DNA of 64,000 bases from Eledone cirrhosa (taxonomy: Eukaryota): contig OZ024743.1 of assembly GCA_964016885.1 (NCBI GenBank), positions 133,300,001 to 133,364,000 on the forward strand, read 5' to 3'. Below are positions 11,201-23,187 of this stretch, in pieces. The position numbers and the translations under genes were made by a program. Numbering within the stretch: the stretch's first letter is position 1; every line of letters starts with the position of its first letter. Below the pieces are notes generated by a model that saw only the letters and a program-made list of their open reading frames with translations, searched no databases and had not been told where the DNA came from.

Positions 11201-14200
11201 TTAGTGCTTGGTGTTTGGTGCTTGGTGCTTGGTGTTTGGTGCTTGGTGCCTGGTGCTTGGTTCTTGGTGCTTGTTGTTTGGTGCTTGGTGCTTGGTTATT
11301 AGTCTTTGGTGCTTGGTGCTTGGTGTTTGGTGTTTCGTGCTTCGTGTCTAGTGTTTGGGTTTTGGTGTTTGGTGTTTGCTGTATGGTGTTTGCTGTTTCG
11401 TGTTTGGTGCTTCGTGCTTGGTGCTTGGTGTTTGGTGCATGGTGCTTGGTGTTTGAGGCTTGGTGCTTGGTGCTTTGTGTTTGGTGCTAGGTGCTTGGTG
11501 CTTGGTCTTTGGTGTTTGGTGCTTGGTGCTTGGTGCTTGGTGTTTGGTGCTTGGTGCTTGGTGCTTGGTTATTAGTGTTTGGTGCTTGGTGCTTGGGGTT
11601 TGGTGTTTGCTGTATGGTGTTTGCTGTTTCGTGTTTGGTGTTTGCTGTTTGGTGTTTAATGCTTGGTGCTTGGTGCTTGGTGTTTGGTGCTTGGTGCTTG
11701 GTGCTTGGTGCTTGGCGTTTGCTCTTTGCTGTTTGGTGTTTGGTGCTTGCTGTTTGGTGTTTGGTGTTTGGTGTTTGGTGTTTGGTGCTTGCTGTTTGGT
11801 GCTTGGTGCTTGGTGTTTGGTGTTTGGTGTTTGGTGCTTGGTGCTTGGTGTTTGGTGCTTGTTGCTTGGTGCTGGGTGTTTGGTGCTTGTTGCTTGGTGT
11901 TTGGTGCTTGGTGCGTGGTGCTTGGTCTTTGGTGTTTGGTGCTTGCTGCTTGGTGCTTGGTGTTTGGTGCTTGGTGCTTGGTGATTAGTGTTTGGTGCAT
12001 GGTGCTTGGTGTTTGTTGTTTTGTGCTTGGTGCTTGGTGTTTGGTGCTTGGTGCTTGCTGTTTGGTGTTTGGTGTTTGGTGCTTGGTGCTTTGTCTTTGG
12101 TCTTTGGTGTTTGGTGTTTGGTGCTTGGTGCTTGGTGTTTGGTGCTTGGTGTTTGGTGCTTGGTGTATGTGCTTGGTCCTTGGTGCTTGGTGCTTGGTTC
12201 TTGGTGTTTGGTGCTTGGTGTTTGGTGCTTGGTGTTTGGTGCTTGGTGCTTGGTGTTTGGTACTTGGTGCTTGGTGTTTGGTGTTTGGTGCTTGGTGTTT
12301 GGTGCTTGGTGCTTGGTGCTTGGTGTTAAGTGTTTGGTGTTTGCTGTATGGTGTTTGCTGTTTCGTGTTTGGTGTTTGCTGTTTGGTGTTTAATGCTTGG
12401 TGCTTGGTGCTTGGTGTTTGGTGCTTGGTGCTTGGTGCTTGGTGTTTGCTCTTTGCTTTTTGGTGTTTGGTGCTTGCTGTTTGGTGTTTGGTGTTTGGTG
12501 TTTGGTGTTTGGTGCTTGCTGTTTGGTGCTTGGTGCTTGGTGTTTGGTGTTTGGTGTTTGGTGATTGGTGCTTGGTGTTTGGTGCTTGGTGCTTGGTGCT
12601 GGGTGTTTGGTGCTTGTTGCTTGGTGTTTGGTGCTTGGTGCTTGATGTTTGGTGCTTGGTGTTTGGTCCTTGGTGCTTGGTGCTTGGTCTTTGGTGCTTG
12701 GGGTTTGGTGTTTGGTGCTTGGTGCTTGGTGTTTGGTGCTTGGTGCTTGGTGCTTGGTGTTTGGTGTTTGGTGCTTGCTGCTTGGTGCTTGGTGTTTGGT
12801 GCTTGGTGCTTGGTGATTAGTGTTTGTTGCATGGTGCTTGGTGTTTGTTGTTTGGTGCTTGGTGCTTGGTGTTTGGTGCTTGGTGCTTGCTGTTTGGTGT
12901 TTGGTGTTTGGTGCTTGGTGCTTGGTGTTTGGTGTTTGGTGTTTGGTGTTTGGTGTTTGGTGCTTGGTGCTTGGTGTTTGGTGCCTGGTGTTTAGTGCTT
13001 GGTGTATGTACTTGGTGCTTGGTGCTTGGTGTTTGGTGCTTGGTTCTTGGTGTTTGGTGCTTGGTGCTTGGTGCTTGGTGTTTGGTGCTTGGTGCTTGGT
13101 GTTTGGTACTTGGTGCTTGGTGTTTGGTGTTTGGTGCTTGGTGTTTGGTGCTTGGTGCTTGGTGCTTGGTGTTAAGTGTTTGGTGCTTGGTGCTTGGTGT
13201 TTGGTGCTTGGTGCTTGGTGCTTGGTGTTTGGTGCTTGGTGCTTGGTGTTTGGTGCTTGGTGCTTGGTGTTTGGTACTTGGTGCTTGGTGTTTGGTGTTT
13301 GGTGCTTGGTGTTTGGTGCTTGGTGCTTGGTGCTTGGTGTTAAGTGTTTGGTGCTTGGTGCTTGGTGTTTGGTGCTTTGTGCTTGGTGTTTGGTGTTTGG
13401 TGCTAGGTGCTTGGTGCTTGGTGTTTGGTGCTTGGTGCTTGGTGTTTGGTGCTTGGTGCTTGGGGCTTGGTGTTTGGTGCTTGCTGCTTGGTGTTTGGTG
13501 CTTGGTGCTTGGTGCTTGGTGTTTGGTGTTTGGTGTTTGGTGCTTGGTGTTTGGTGCTTGGTGCTTGGTGCTGGGTGGTTGATGTTTGGTGCTTGGTGCT
13601 TGGTGTTTGGTGCTTGGTGCTTGGTGCTTATTGTTTGGTGCTTGGTGCTTGGTGCTTGGGGCTTGGCCTTTGGTGCTTGGTGTTTGCTGTTTGGTGTTTG
13701 GTGTTTGTGCTTGGTGCTTGGTGCTTGGTGTTTGGTGCTAGGTGCTTGACGCTTGGCGTTTGGTGCTTGGTGCTTGGTGCTTGGTGATTAGTGTTTGGTG
13801 CTTGGTGCTTGGGGTTTGGTGTTTGGTATTTGCTGTTTGGTGTTTGTTGTATGGTGTTTGCTGTTTTGTGTTTCGTGTTTGCTGTTTGGTGTTTGGTGCT
13901 TGGTGCTTGGTGCTTGGTGTTTCGTGCTTGGTGCTTGGTGCTTGGTGTTTGGCGTTTGCTGTTTGCTGTTTGGTGTTTGGTGTTTGCTGTTTGGTGTTTG
14001 CTGTTTGGTGTTTGGTGCTTGGTGCTTGGTGGCTGGTGTTTGGTGCTTGGTGTTTGGATTTTGGTGCTTGGTGCTTGGTGCCTGGTGTTTCGTGCTTGGT
14101 GCTTGGTGCTTGGTGTTTGGTGTTTGGTGCTTGGTGTTTGGTATTTGGTGCTTGGTGCTTGGTGCTTGGTGTTTGGTGCTTGGTGCTTGGTGCTTGGTGT

Positions 14201-15140
14201 TTGATGCTGCGTGCTTGGTGTTTGGTGTTTGGTGCTTGATGCTTGGTGTTTGTTGTTTGGAGCTTGGTGCCTGGTGCTTGTTGTTTGGTGCCTCGTGCTT
14301 GTTGTTTGGTGTTTGGTGCTTGGTGCTTGGTGTTTGGTGCTTGGTGCTTGGTGCTTGGTGTTCGGTGCTTGGTGCTTGGTGTTTGGTGCTTGGTGCTTGG
14401 TGTTTGGTGCTTGGTGTTTGGTGCTTGGTGCTTGGTGCTTGGTGCTTGGTGTTAGGTGTTTGGTGCTTGGTGCTTGGTGTTTGATGTTTGGTCCTTGGTG
14501 CTTGGTGTTTGGTGTTTGGTGCTTGGTGCTTGGTGTTTGGTGTTTGGTGCTTGCTGCTTGGTGCTTGGTGTTTTGTGTTTGGAGTTTGGTGTTTGGTGTT
14601 TGGTGCTTCGGTCTTGGTGCTTGGTGTTTGGTGCTTGGTGCTTGGTGTTTGGTGCTTGGTGCCTGGTGCTTGTTGTTTGGTGCTTGGTGCTTGGTGTTTG
14701 ATGATTGGTGCTTGGTGTTTGGTGCTTGGTGCTTGGTGCTTGGTGCTTTGTGTTAGGTGTTTGGTGCTTGGTGCTTGGTGTTTGATGTTTGGTCCTTGGT
14801 GCTTGGTGTTTGGTGTTTGGTGCTTGGTGCTTGGTGTTTGGTGTTTGGTGCTTGGTGCTTGGTGTTTGGTGCTTGCTGCTTGCTGCTTGGGTTTGGTGCT
14901 TGGTGATTGGTGCTTGGTGTTTTGTGCTTGGTGCTTGGTGTTTGGTGTTTGGTGTTTGGTGCTTGGTGCTTGGTGCTTGGTGCTTGGTGCTTGGTGTTTG
15001 GTGCTGCGTGCTTGGTGTTTGGTGTCTGGAGTTTGGTGCTTGGTGCTTGGTGCCTGGTGTTTCGTGCTTGGTGCTTGGTGCTTGGTGTTTGGTGTTTGGT
15101 GCTTGGTGTTTGGTGTTTGTTACTTGGTGTTTGGTGCTTG
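8270..15140. repeat. ~4.1-kb-period duplication inside super-unit copy 1 (mirrored at about 24020-30740 in copy 2)
   Basis: Offsets 8726->12824, 9309->13407, 9644->13742, 10145->14243 and 10358->14456 are 4098. 10810->14907 is 4097. Confidence 0.88.
8960..9290. repeat. 168-bp (24-monomer) tandem duplication, also present at about 13060-13390 and 24715-25045
   Basis: The GTTAAG landmark is doubled at 9073/9241, 13171/13339 and 24829/24997, each time preceded by a GGTAC monomer. Confidence 0.88.
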
Positions 15141-18100
15141 GTGCCTGGTGCTTGGTGTTTGGTGCTTGGTGCTTGGTGTTTGGTGATTGGTGCTTGGTGT
15201 TTGGTGATTGGTGCTTGATGCTTGGTGCTTGGTGTTAGGTGTTTGGTGCTTGGTGCTTGGTGTTTGATGTTTGGTCCTTGGTGCTTGCTGCTTGGTGTTT
15301 GGTGCTTGGTGATTGGTGCTTGGTGTTTTGTGCTTGGTGCTTGGTGTTTGGTGTTTGGTGCTAGGGGCTTAGTGCTTGGTGCTTGGTGTTTGGTGCTTGG
15401 TGCTTGCTGTTTGGTGTTTGGTGCTTGGTGCGTGGGACTTAGTGTTTGGTGTTTGGTGCTTGGTGTTTGGTGCTTGGTGTTTGGGGCTTGGTGTTCGGTG
15501 CTTGGTGCTTGGTGCTTGGGGCTTGGTGTTTGTTGTTTGGTGCTTGGTGCTTGGTCTTTGGTGCTTGGTGTTTGGTGTTTGGTGCTTGGTGCTTGGTGCT
15601 TGGTGCTTGGTTTTTGGTGCTTGGTGCTTGGTGCTTGGTGTTTGGTGCTTGGTGCTTGGTGCTTGTTGTTTGGTGCTTGGTGCTTGGTCTTTGGTGCTTG
15701 GTGTTTGGTGTTTGGTGCTTGGTGCTTGGTGTTTGGTGCTTGGTGCCTGGTGTTTAGTGTTTGGTGCTTGGTGCTTGGTGTTTGGTGATTGGTGCTTGGT
15801 GCTTGGTGCTTAGTGCTTGGTGTTTGGTGTTTGGTGCTTGGTGTTTGGTGTTTGGTGTTTGATGCTTGGTTTTTGCTGCTTGGTGCTTGGTGCCTGGTGC
15901 TTGGTGCTTGGTGCTTGTTGTTTGGTGCTTGGTGCTTGGTTATTAGTCTTTGGTGCTTGGTGCTTGGTGTTTGGTGTTTCGTGCTTCGTGTCTAGTGTTT
16001 GGGTTTTGGTGTTTGGTGTTTGCTGTATGGTGTTTGCTGTTTCGTGTTTGGTGCTTCGTGCTTGGTGCTTGGTGTTTGGTGCATGGTGCTTGGTGTTTGA
16101 GGCTTGGTGCCTGGTGCTTTGTGTTTGGTGCTAGGTGCTTGGTGCTTGGTCTTTGGTGTTTGGTGCTTGGTGCTTGGTGCTTGGTGTTTGGTGCTTGGTG
16201 CTTGGTGCTTGGTTATTAGTGTTTGGTGCTTGGTGCTTGGGGTTTGGTGTTTGGTGCTTGGTGCTTGGTGTTTGGTGTTTGCTGTTTCGTGTTTGGTGTT
16301 TGCTGTTTGGTGTTTAATGCTTGGTGCTTCGTGCTTGGTGTTTGGTGTTTGGTGCTTGGTGCTTGGTGCTTGGCGTTTGCTCTTTGCTGTTTGGTGTTTG
16401 GTGCTTGCTGTTTGGTGTTTGGTGTTTGGTGTTTGGTGTTTGGTGCTTGCTGTTTGGTGCTTGGTGCTTGGTGTTTGGTGTTTGGTGTTTGGTGCTTGGT
16501 GCTTGGTGTTTGGTGCTTGGTGCTTGGTGCTGGGTGTTTGGTGCTTGTTGCTTGGTGTTTGGTGCTTGGTGTTTGATGCTTGGTGCTTGGTGTTTGGTCC
16601 TTGGTGCTTGGTGCTTGGTCTTTGGTGCTTGGGGTTTGGTGTTTGGTGCTTGGTGCTTGGTGTTTGGTGTTTCGTGCTTGGTGCTTGGTGCTTGGTGTTT
16701 GGCGTTTGCTGTTTGCTGTTTGGTGTTTGGTGTTTGCTGTTTGGTGTTTGCTGTTTGGTGTTTGGAGCTTGGTGCTTGGTGGCTGGTGTTTGGTGCTTGG
16801 TGTTTGAATTTTGGTGCTTGGTGCTTGGTGCCTGGTGTTTCGTGCTTGGTGCTTGGTGCTTGGTGTTTGGTGTTTGGTGCTTGGTGTTTGGTATTTGGTG
16901 CTTGGTGCTTGGTGCTTGGTGTTTGGTGCTTGGTGCTTGGTGCTTGGTGTTTGATGCTGCGTGCTTGGTGTTTGGTGTTTGGTGCTTGATGCTTGGTGTT
17001 TGTTGTTTGGAGCTTGGTGCCTGGTGCTTGTTGTTTGGTGCCTCGTGCTTGTTGTTTGGTGTTTGGTGCTTGGTGCTTGGTGTTTGGTGCTTGGTGCTTG
17101 GTGCTTGGTGTTTGGTGCTTGGTGCTTGGTGTTTGGTGCTTGGTGCTTGGTGTTTGGTGCTTGGTGTTTGGTGCTTGGTGCTTGGTGCTTGGTGCTTGGT
17201 GTTAGGTGTTTGGTGCTTGTTGCTTGGTGCTTGGTGCTTGGTGCTTGGTGCTTGGTCTTTGGTGCTTGGTGTTTGGTGTTTGGTGCTTGGTGCTTGGTGT
17301 TTGGTGCTTGGGGCTTGGTGTTTGGTGCTTGGTGATTGCTGCTTGGTGTTTGGTGTTTGGTGCTTGGTGCTTGGTGCTTGGTGATTAGTGTTTGGTGCTT
17401 GGTGCTTGGTGCCTTGTGCTTGGTGCTTGGTGCTTGTTGTTTGGTGCTTGGTGCTTGGTGATTAGTGTTTGGTGCTTGGTGCTTGGTGCCTGGTGCTTGG
17501 TGCTTGTTGTTTGGTGCTTGGTGCTTGGTGATTAGTGTTTGGTGCCTGGTGCTTGGTGCTTGCTGTTTGGTGGTTGCTGTTTGGTGCTTGGTGTTTGGTG
17601 CTTGGTGCTTGGTGCTGGGTGGTTGGTGTTTGGTGCTTGGTGCTTTGTGTTTGGTGCTTGGTGCTTGGTGCTTGTTGTTTGGTGCTTGGTGCTTGGTCTT
17701 TGGTGCTTGGTGCTTGGTGTTTGGTGTTTGGTGTTTGGTGTTTCGTGCTTGGTGTCTAGTGTTTGGGTTTTGGTGTTTGGCGCTTGGTGCTTAGTGTTTG
17801 GTGTTTGGTGCTTGGTGCTTGGTGTTTGGTGTTTGGTGCTTGGTGTTTGGTGCTGGGTGCTTTGTGCTTGGTGTTTGGTGCTGGGTGTATGGTGTTTGGT
17901 GCTTGGTGCTTGGTGCTTGGTGTTTGGTGTTTGGTGCTTGGTACTTGGTGTTTGGTGTTTGATGCTTGGTGTTTGATGCTTGTTGCTTGGTGCTTGGTGT
18001 TTTGTGTTTGGTGTTTGGTGCTTGGTGTATGTACTTGGTGCTTGGTGCTTGGTGTTTGGTGCTTGGTTCTTGGTGTTTGGTGCTTGGTGCTTGGTCTTTG

Positions 18101-18412
18101 GTGCTTGGTGTTTGGTGTTTGGTGCTTGGTGTTTGGTACTTGGTGCTTGGTGCTTGGTGTTAAGTGTTTGGTGCTTGGTGCTTGGTGTTTGGTGCTTCGT
18201 GCTTGGTTCTTGGTGTTTGGTGCATGGTGCTTGGTGTTTGGGGCTTGGTGCCTGGTGATTTGTGTTGGGTGCTAGGTGCTTGGTGCTTGGTCTTTGGTGT
18301 TTGGTGCTTGGTGCTTGGTGCTTGGTGTTTGGTGCTTGGTGCTTGGTGCTCGGTTATTAGTGTTTGGTGCTTGGTGCTTGGGGTTTGGTGTTTGGTGCTT
18401 GGTGCTTGGTGT

Positions 18413-21400
18413 TTGGTGTTTGCTGTATGGTGTCTGCTGTTTCGTGTTTGGTGTTTGCTGTTTGGTGTTTAATGCTTGGTGCTTGGTGCTTGGTGTTTGG
18501 TGCTTGGTGCTTGGTGCTTGGTGTTTGGCGTTTGCTCTTTGCTGTTTGGTGTTTGGTGCTTGCTGTTTGGTGTTTGGTGTTTGGTGTTTGGTGTTTGGTG
18601 CTTGCTGTTTGGTGCTTGGTGCTTGGTGCTGGGTGTTTGGTGCTTGGTGCTTGATGCTTGGTGCTTGGTGTTTGGTCCTTGGGGCTTGGTGCTTGGTCTT
18701 TGGTGCTTGGGATTTGGTGTTTGGTGCATGGTGCTCGGTGTTTGGTGCTTGGTGCTTGGTGCTTGGTGTTTGGTGTTTGGTGCTTGCTGCTTGGTGCTTG
18801 GTGTTTGGTGCTTGGTCCTTGGTGATTAGTGTTTGGTGCATGGTGCTTGGTGTTTGTTGTTTGGTGCTTGGTTCTTGGTGTTTGGTGCTTGGTGCTTGCT
18901 GTTTGGTGTTTGGTGTTTGGTGCTTGGTGCTTGGTGTTTGGTGCTTGGTGTTTGGTTCTTGGTGTATGTACTTGGTGCTTGGTGCTTGGTGTTTGGTGCT
19001 TGGTTCTTGGTGTTTGGTGCTTGGTGTTTGGTGCTTGGTGTTTGGTGCTTGGTGCTTGGTGTTTGGTACTTGGTGCTTGGTGTTTGGTGTTTGGTGCTTG
19101 GTGTTTGGTGCTTGGTGCTTGGTGCTTGGTGTTAAGTGTTTGGTGCATGGTGCTTGGTGTTTGGTGCTTCGTGCTTGGTGCTTGGTGTTTGGTGCATGGT
19201 GCTTGATGTTTGGGGCTTGGTGCCTGGTGCTTGGTGTTTGGTGCTTGGTGCTTGGTGCTTGGTGTTTGGTGTTTGGTGCTTGGTGCTTGGTGTTTGGTGC
19301 TTGGTGTTTGGTGATTGGTGTTCGGTGCTTGGTGGTTGGTGCTTGGTACTTGGTGTTAGGTTTTTGGTGCTTGGGGCTTGGTGTTTGGTGTTTGGTGCTT
19401 GGTGCTTGGTGTTTGGTGTTTGGTGCTTGGTGTTTGGTGCTTGGTGCTTTGTGCTTGGTGTTTGGTGCTGGGTGTATGGTGTTTGGTGCTTGGTGCTTGG
19501 TGCTTGGTGTTTGGTGTTTGGTGCTTGATACTTGGTGTTTGGTGTTTGATGCTTGGTGTTTGATGCTTGTTGCTTGGTGCTTGGTGTTTTGTGTTTGGTG
19601 TTTGGTGCTTGGTGTTTGGTGCTTGGTGCTTGGTGTTTGGTGCTTGGTGTTTGGTGTTTGGTGCTTGGTGTTTGGTACTTGGTGCTTGGTGCTTGGTGTT
19701 AAGTGTTTGGTGCTTGGTGCTTGGTGTTTGGTGCTTCGTGCTTGGTGCTTGGTGTTTGGTGCATGGTGCTTGGTGTTTGAGGCTTGGTGCCTGGTGCTTT
19801 GTGTTTGGTGCTAGGTGCTTGGTGCTTGGTCTTTGGTGTTTGGTGTTGGTGCTTGGTGCTTGGTGTTTGGTGCTTGGTGATTGGTGCTTGGTGCTTGGTT
19901 ATTAGTGTTTGGTGCTTGTTGCTTGGGGTTTGGTGTTTGGTGCTTGGTGCTTGGTGTTTGGTGTTTGCTGTATGGTGTTTGCTGTTTCGTGTTTGGTGTT
20001 TGCTGTTTGGTGTTTAATGCTTGGTGCTTGGTGCATGGTGTTTGGTGCTTGGTGCTTGGTGCTTGGTGTTTGGCGTTTGCTCTTTGCTGTTTGGTGTTTG
20101 GTGCTTGCTGTTTGGTGTTTGGTGTTTGGTGTTTGGTGTTTGGTGCTTGCTGTTTGGTGCTTGCTGTTTGGTGCTTGGTGCTTGGTGTTTGGTGTTTGGT
20201 GTTTGGTGCTTGGTGCTTGGTGTTTGGTGCTTGGTGCTTGGTGCTGGGGGTTTGGTGCTTGGTGCTTGGTGTTTGGTGCTTGGTGCTTGATGCTTGGTGC
20301 TTGGTGTTTGGTCCTTGGGGCTTGGTGCTTGGTCTTTGGTGCTTGGGATTTGGTGTTTGGTGCATGGTGCTCGGTGTTTGGTGCTTGGTGCGTGGTGCTT
20401 GGTGTTTGGTGTTTGGTGCTTGCTGCTTGGTGCTTGGTGTTTGGTGCTTGGTGCTTGGTGATTAGTGTTTGGTGCATGGTGCTTGGTGTTTGTTGTTTGG
20501 TGCTTGGTGCTTGGTGTTTGGTGCTTGGTGCTTGCTGTTTGGTGTTTGGTGTTTGGTGCTTGGTGCTTGGTCTTTGGTGTTTGGTGTTTGGTGTTTGGTG
20601 CATGGTGCTTGGTGTTTGGTGCTTGGTGTTTGGTGCTTGGTGTATGTGCTTGGTGCTTGGTGCTTGGTGCTTGGTTCTTGGTGTTTGGTGCTTGGTGTTT
20701 GGTGCTTGGTGTTTGGTGCTTGGTGCTTGGTGTTTGGTACTTGGTGCTTGGTGTTTGGTGTTTGGTGCTTGGTGTTTGGTGCTTGGTGCTTGGTGCTTGG
20801 TGTTTGCTGTATGGTGTCTGCTGTTTCGTGTTTGGTGTTTGCTGTTTGGTGTTTAATGCTTGGTGCTTGGTGCTTGGTGTTTGGTGCTTGGTGCTTGGTG
20901 CTTGGTGTTTGGCGTTTGCTCTTTGCTGTTTGGTGTTTGGTGCTTGCTGTTTGGTGTTTGGTGTTTGGTGTTTGGTGTTTGGTGCTTGCTGTTTGGTGCT
21001 TGGTGCTTGGTGCTGGGTGTTTGGTGCTTGGTGCTTGATGCTTGGTGCTTGGTGTTTGGTCCTTGGGGCTTGGTGCTTGGTCTTTGGTGCTTGGGATTTG
21101 GTGTTTGGTGCATGGTGCTCGGTGTTTGGTGCTTGGTGCTTGGTGCTTGGTGTTTGGTGTTTGGTGCTTGCTGCTTGGTGCTTGGTGTTTGGTGCTTGGT
21201 CCTTGGTGATTAGTGTTTGGTGCATGGTGCTTGGTGTTTGTTGTTTGGTGCTTGGTTCTTGGTGTTTGGTGCTTGGTGCTTGCTGTTTGGTGTTTGGTGT
21301 TTGGTGCTTGGTGCTTGGTGTTTGGTGCTTGGTGTTTGGTTCTTGGTGTATGTACTTGGTGCTTGGTGCTTGGTGTTTGGTGCTTGGTTCTTGGTGTTTG

Positions 21401-23187
21401 GTGCTTGGTGTTTGGTGCTTGGTGTTTGGTGCTTGGTGCTTGGTGTTTGGTACTTGGTGCTTGGTGTTTGGTGTTTGGTGCTTGGTGTTTGGTGCTTGGT
21501 GCTTGGTGCTTGGTGTTAAGTGTTTGGTGCATGGTGCTTGGTGTTTGGTGCTTCGTGCTTGGTGCTTGGTGTTTGGTGCATGGTGCTTGATGTTTGGGGC
21601 TTGGTGCCTGGTGCTTGGTGTTTGGTGCTTGGTGCTTGGTGCTTGGTGTTTGGTGTTTGGTGCTTGGTGCTTGGTGTTTGGTGCTTGGTGTTTGGTGATT
21701 GGTGTTCGGTGCTTGGTGGTTGGTGCTTGGTACTTGGTGTTAGGTTTTTGGTGCTTGGGGCTTGGTGTTTGGTGTTTGGTGCTTGGTGCTTGGTGTTTGG
21801 TGTTTGGTGCTTGGTGTTTGGTGCTTGGTGCTTTGTGCTTGGTGTTTGGTGCTGGGTGTATGGTGTTTGGTGCTTGGTGCTTGGTGCTTGGTGTTTGGTG
21901 TTTGGTGCTTGATACTTGGTGTTTGGTGTTTGATGCTTGGTGTTTGATGCTTGTTGCTTGGTGCTTGGTGTTTTGTGTTTGGTGTTTGGTGCTTGGTGTT
22001 TGGTGCTTGGTGCTTGGTGTTTGGTGCTTGGTGTTTGGTGTTTGGTGCTTGGTGTTTGGTACTTGGTGCTTGGTGCTTGGTGTTAAGTGTTTGGTGCTTG
22101 GTGCTTGGTGTTTGGTGCTTCGTGCTTGGTGCTTGGTGTTTGGTGCATGGTGCTTGGTGTTTGAGGCTTGGTGCCTGGTGCTTTGTGTTTGGTGCTAGGT
22201 GCTTGGTGCTTGGTCTTTGGTGTTTGGTGTTGGTGCTTGGTGCTTGGTGTTTGGTGCTTGGTGATTGGTGCTTGGTGCTTGGTTATTAGTGTTTGGTGCT
22301 TGTTGCTTGGGGTTTGGTGTTTGGTGCTTGGTGCTTGGTGTTTGGTGTTTGCTGTATGGTGTTTGCTGTTTCGTGTTTGGTGTTTGCTGTTTGGTGTTTA
22401 ATGCTTGGTGCTTGGTGCATGGTGTTTGGTGCTTGGTGCTTGGTGCTTGGTGTTTGGCGTTTGCTCTTTGCTGTTTGGTGTTTGGTGCTTGCTGTTTGGT
22501 GTTTGGTGTTTGGTGTTTGGTGTTTGGTGCTTGCTGTTTGGTGCTTGCTGTTTGGTGCTTGGTGCTTGGTGTTTGGTGTTTGGTGTTTGGTGCTTGGTGC
22601 TTGGTGTTTGGTGCTTGGTGCTTGGTGCTGGGGGTTTGGTGCTTGGTGCTTGGTGTTTGGTGCTTGGTGCTTGATGCTTGGTGCTTGGTGTTTGGTCCTT
22701 GGGGCTTGGTGCTTGGTCTTTGGTGCTTGGGATTTGGTGTTTGGTGCATGGTGCTCGGTGTTTGGTGCTTGGTGCGTGGTGCTTGGTGTTTGGTGTTTGG
22801 TGCTTGCTGCTTGGTGCTTGGTGTTTGGTGCTTGGTGCTTGGTGATTAGTGTTTGGTGCATGGTGCTTGGTGTTTGTTGTTTGGTGCTTGGTGCTTGGTG
22901 TTTGGTGCTTGGTGCTTGCTGTTTGGTGTTTGGTGTTTGGTGCTTGGTGCTTGGTCTTTGGTGTTTGGTGTTTGGTGTTTGGTGCATGGTGCTTGGTGTT
23001 TGGTGCTTGGTGTTTGGTGCTTGGTGTATGTGCTTGGTGCTTGGTGCTTGGTGCTTGGTTCTTGGTGTTTGGTGCTTGGTGTTTGGTGCTTGGTGTTTGG
23101 TGCTTGGTGCTTGGTGTTTGGTACTTGGTGCTTGGTGTTTGGTGTTTGGTGCTTGGTGTTTGGTGCTTGGTGCTTGGTGCTTGGTGT
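18413..23187. repeat. Near-identical 2384-bp tandem duplication (341 monomers, three of them 6 bp)
   Basis: Offsets 18476->20860, 19136->21520, 19784->22168, 20021->22405 and 20465->22849 are all 2384. Both copies share TATGGTGTCTGCTG (about 18426/20810). Confidence 0.93.
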
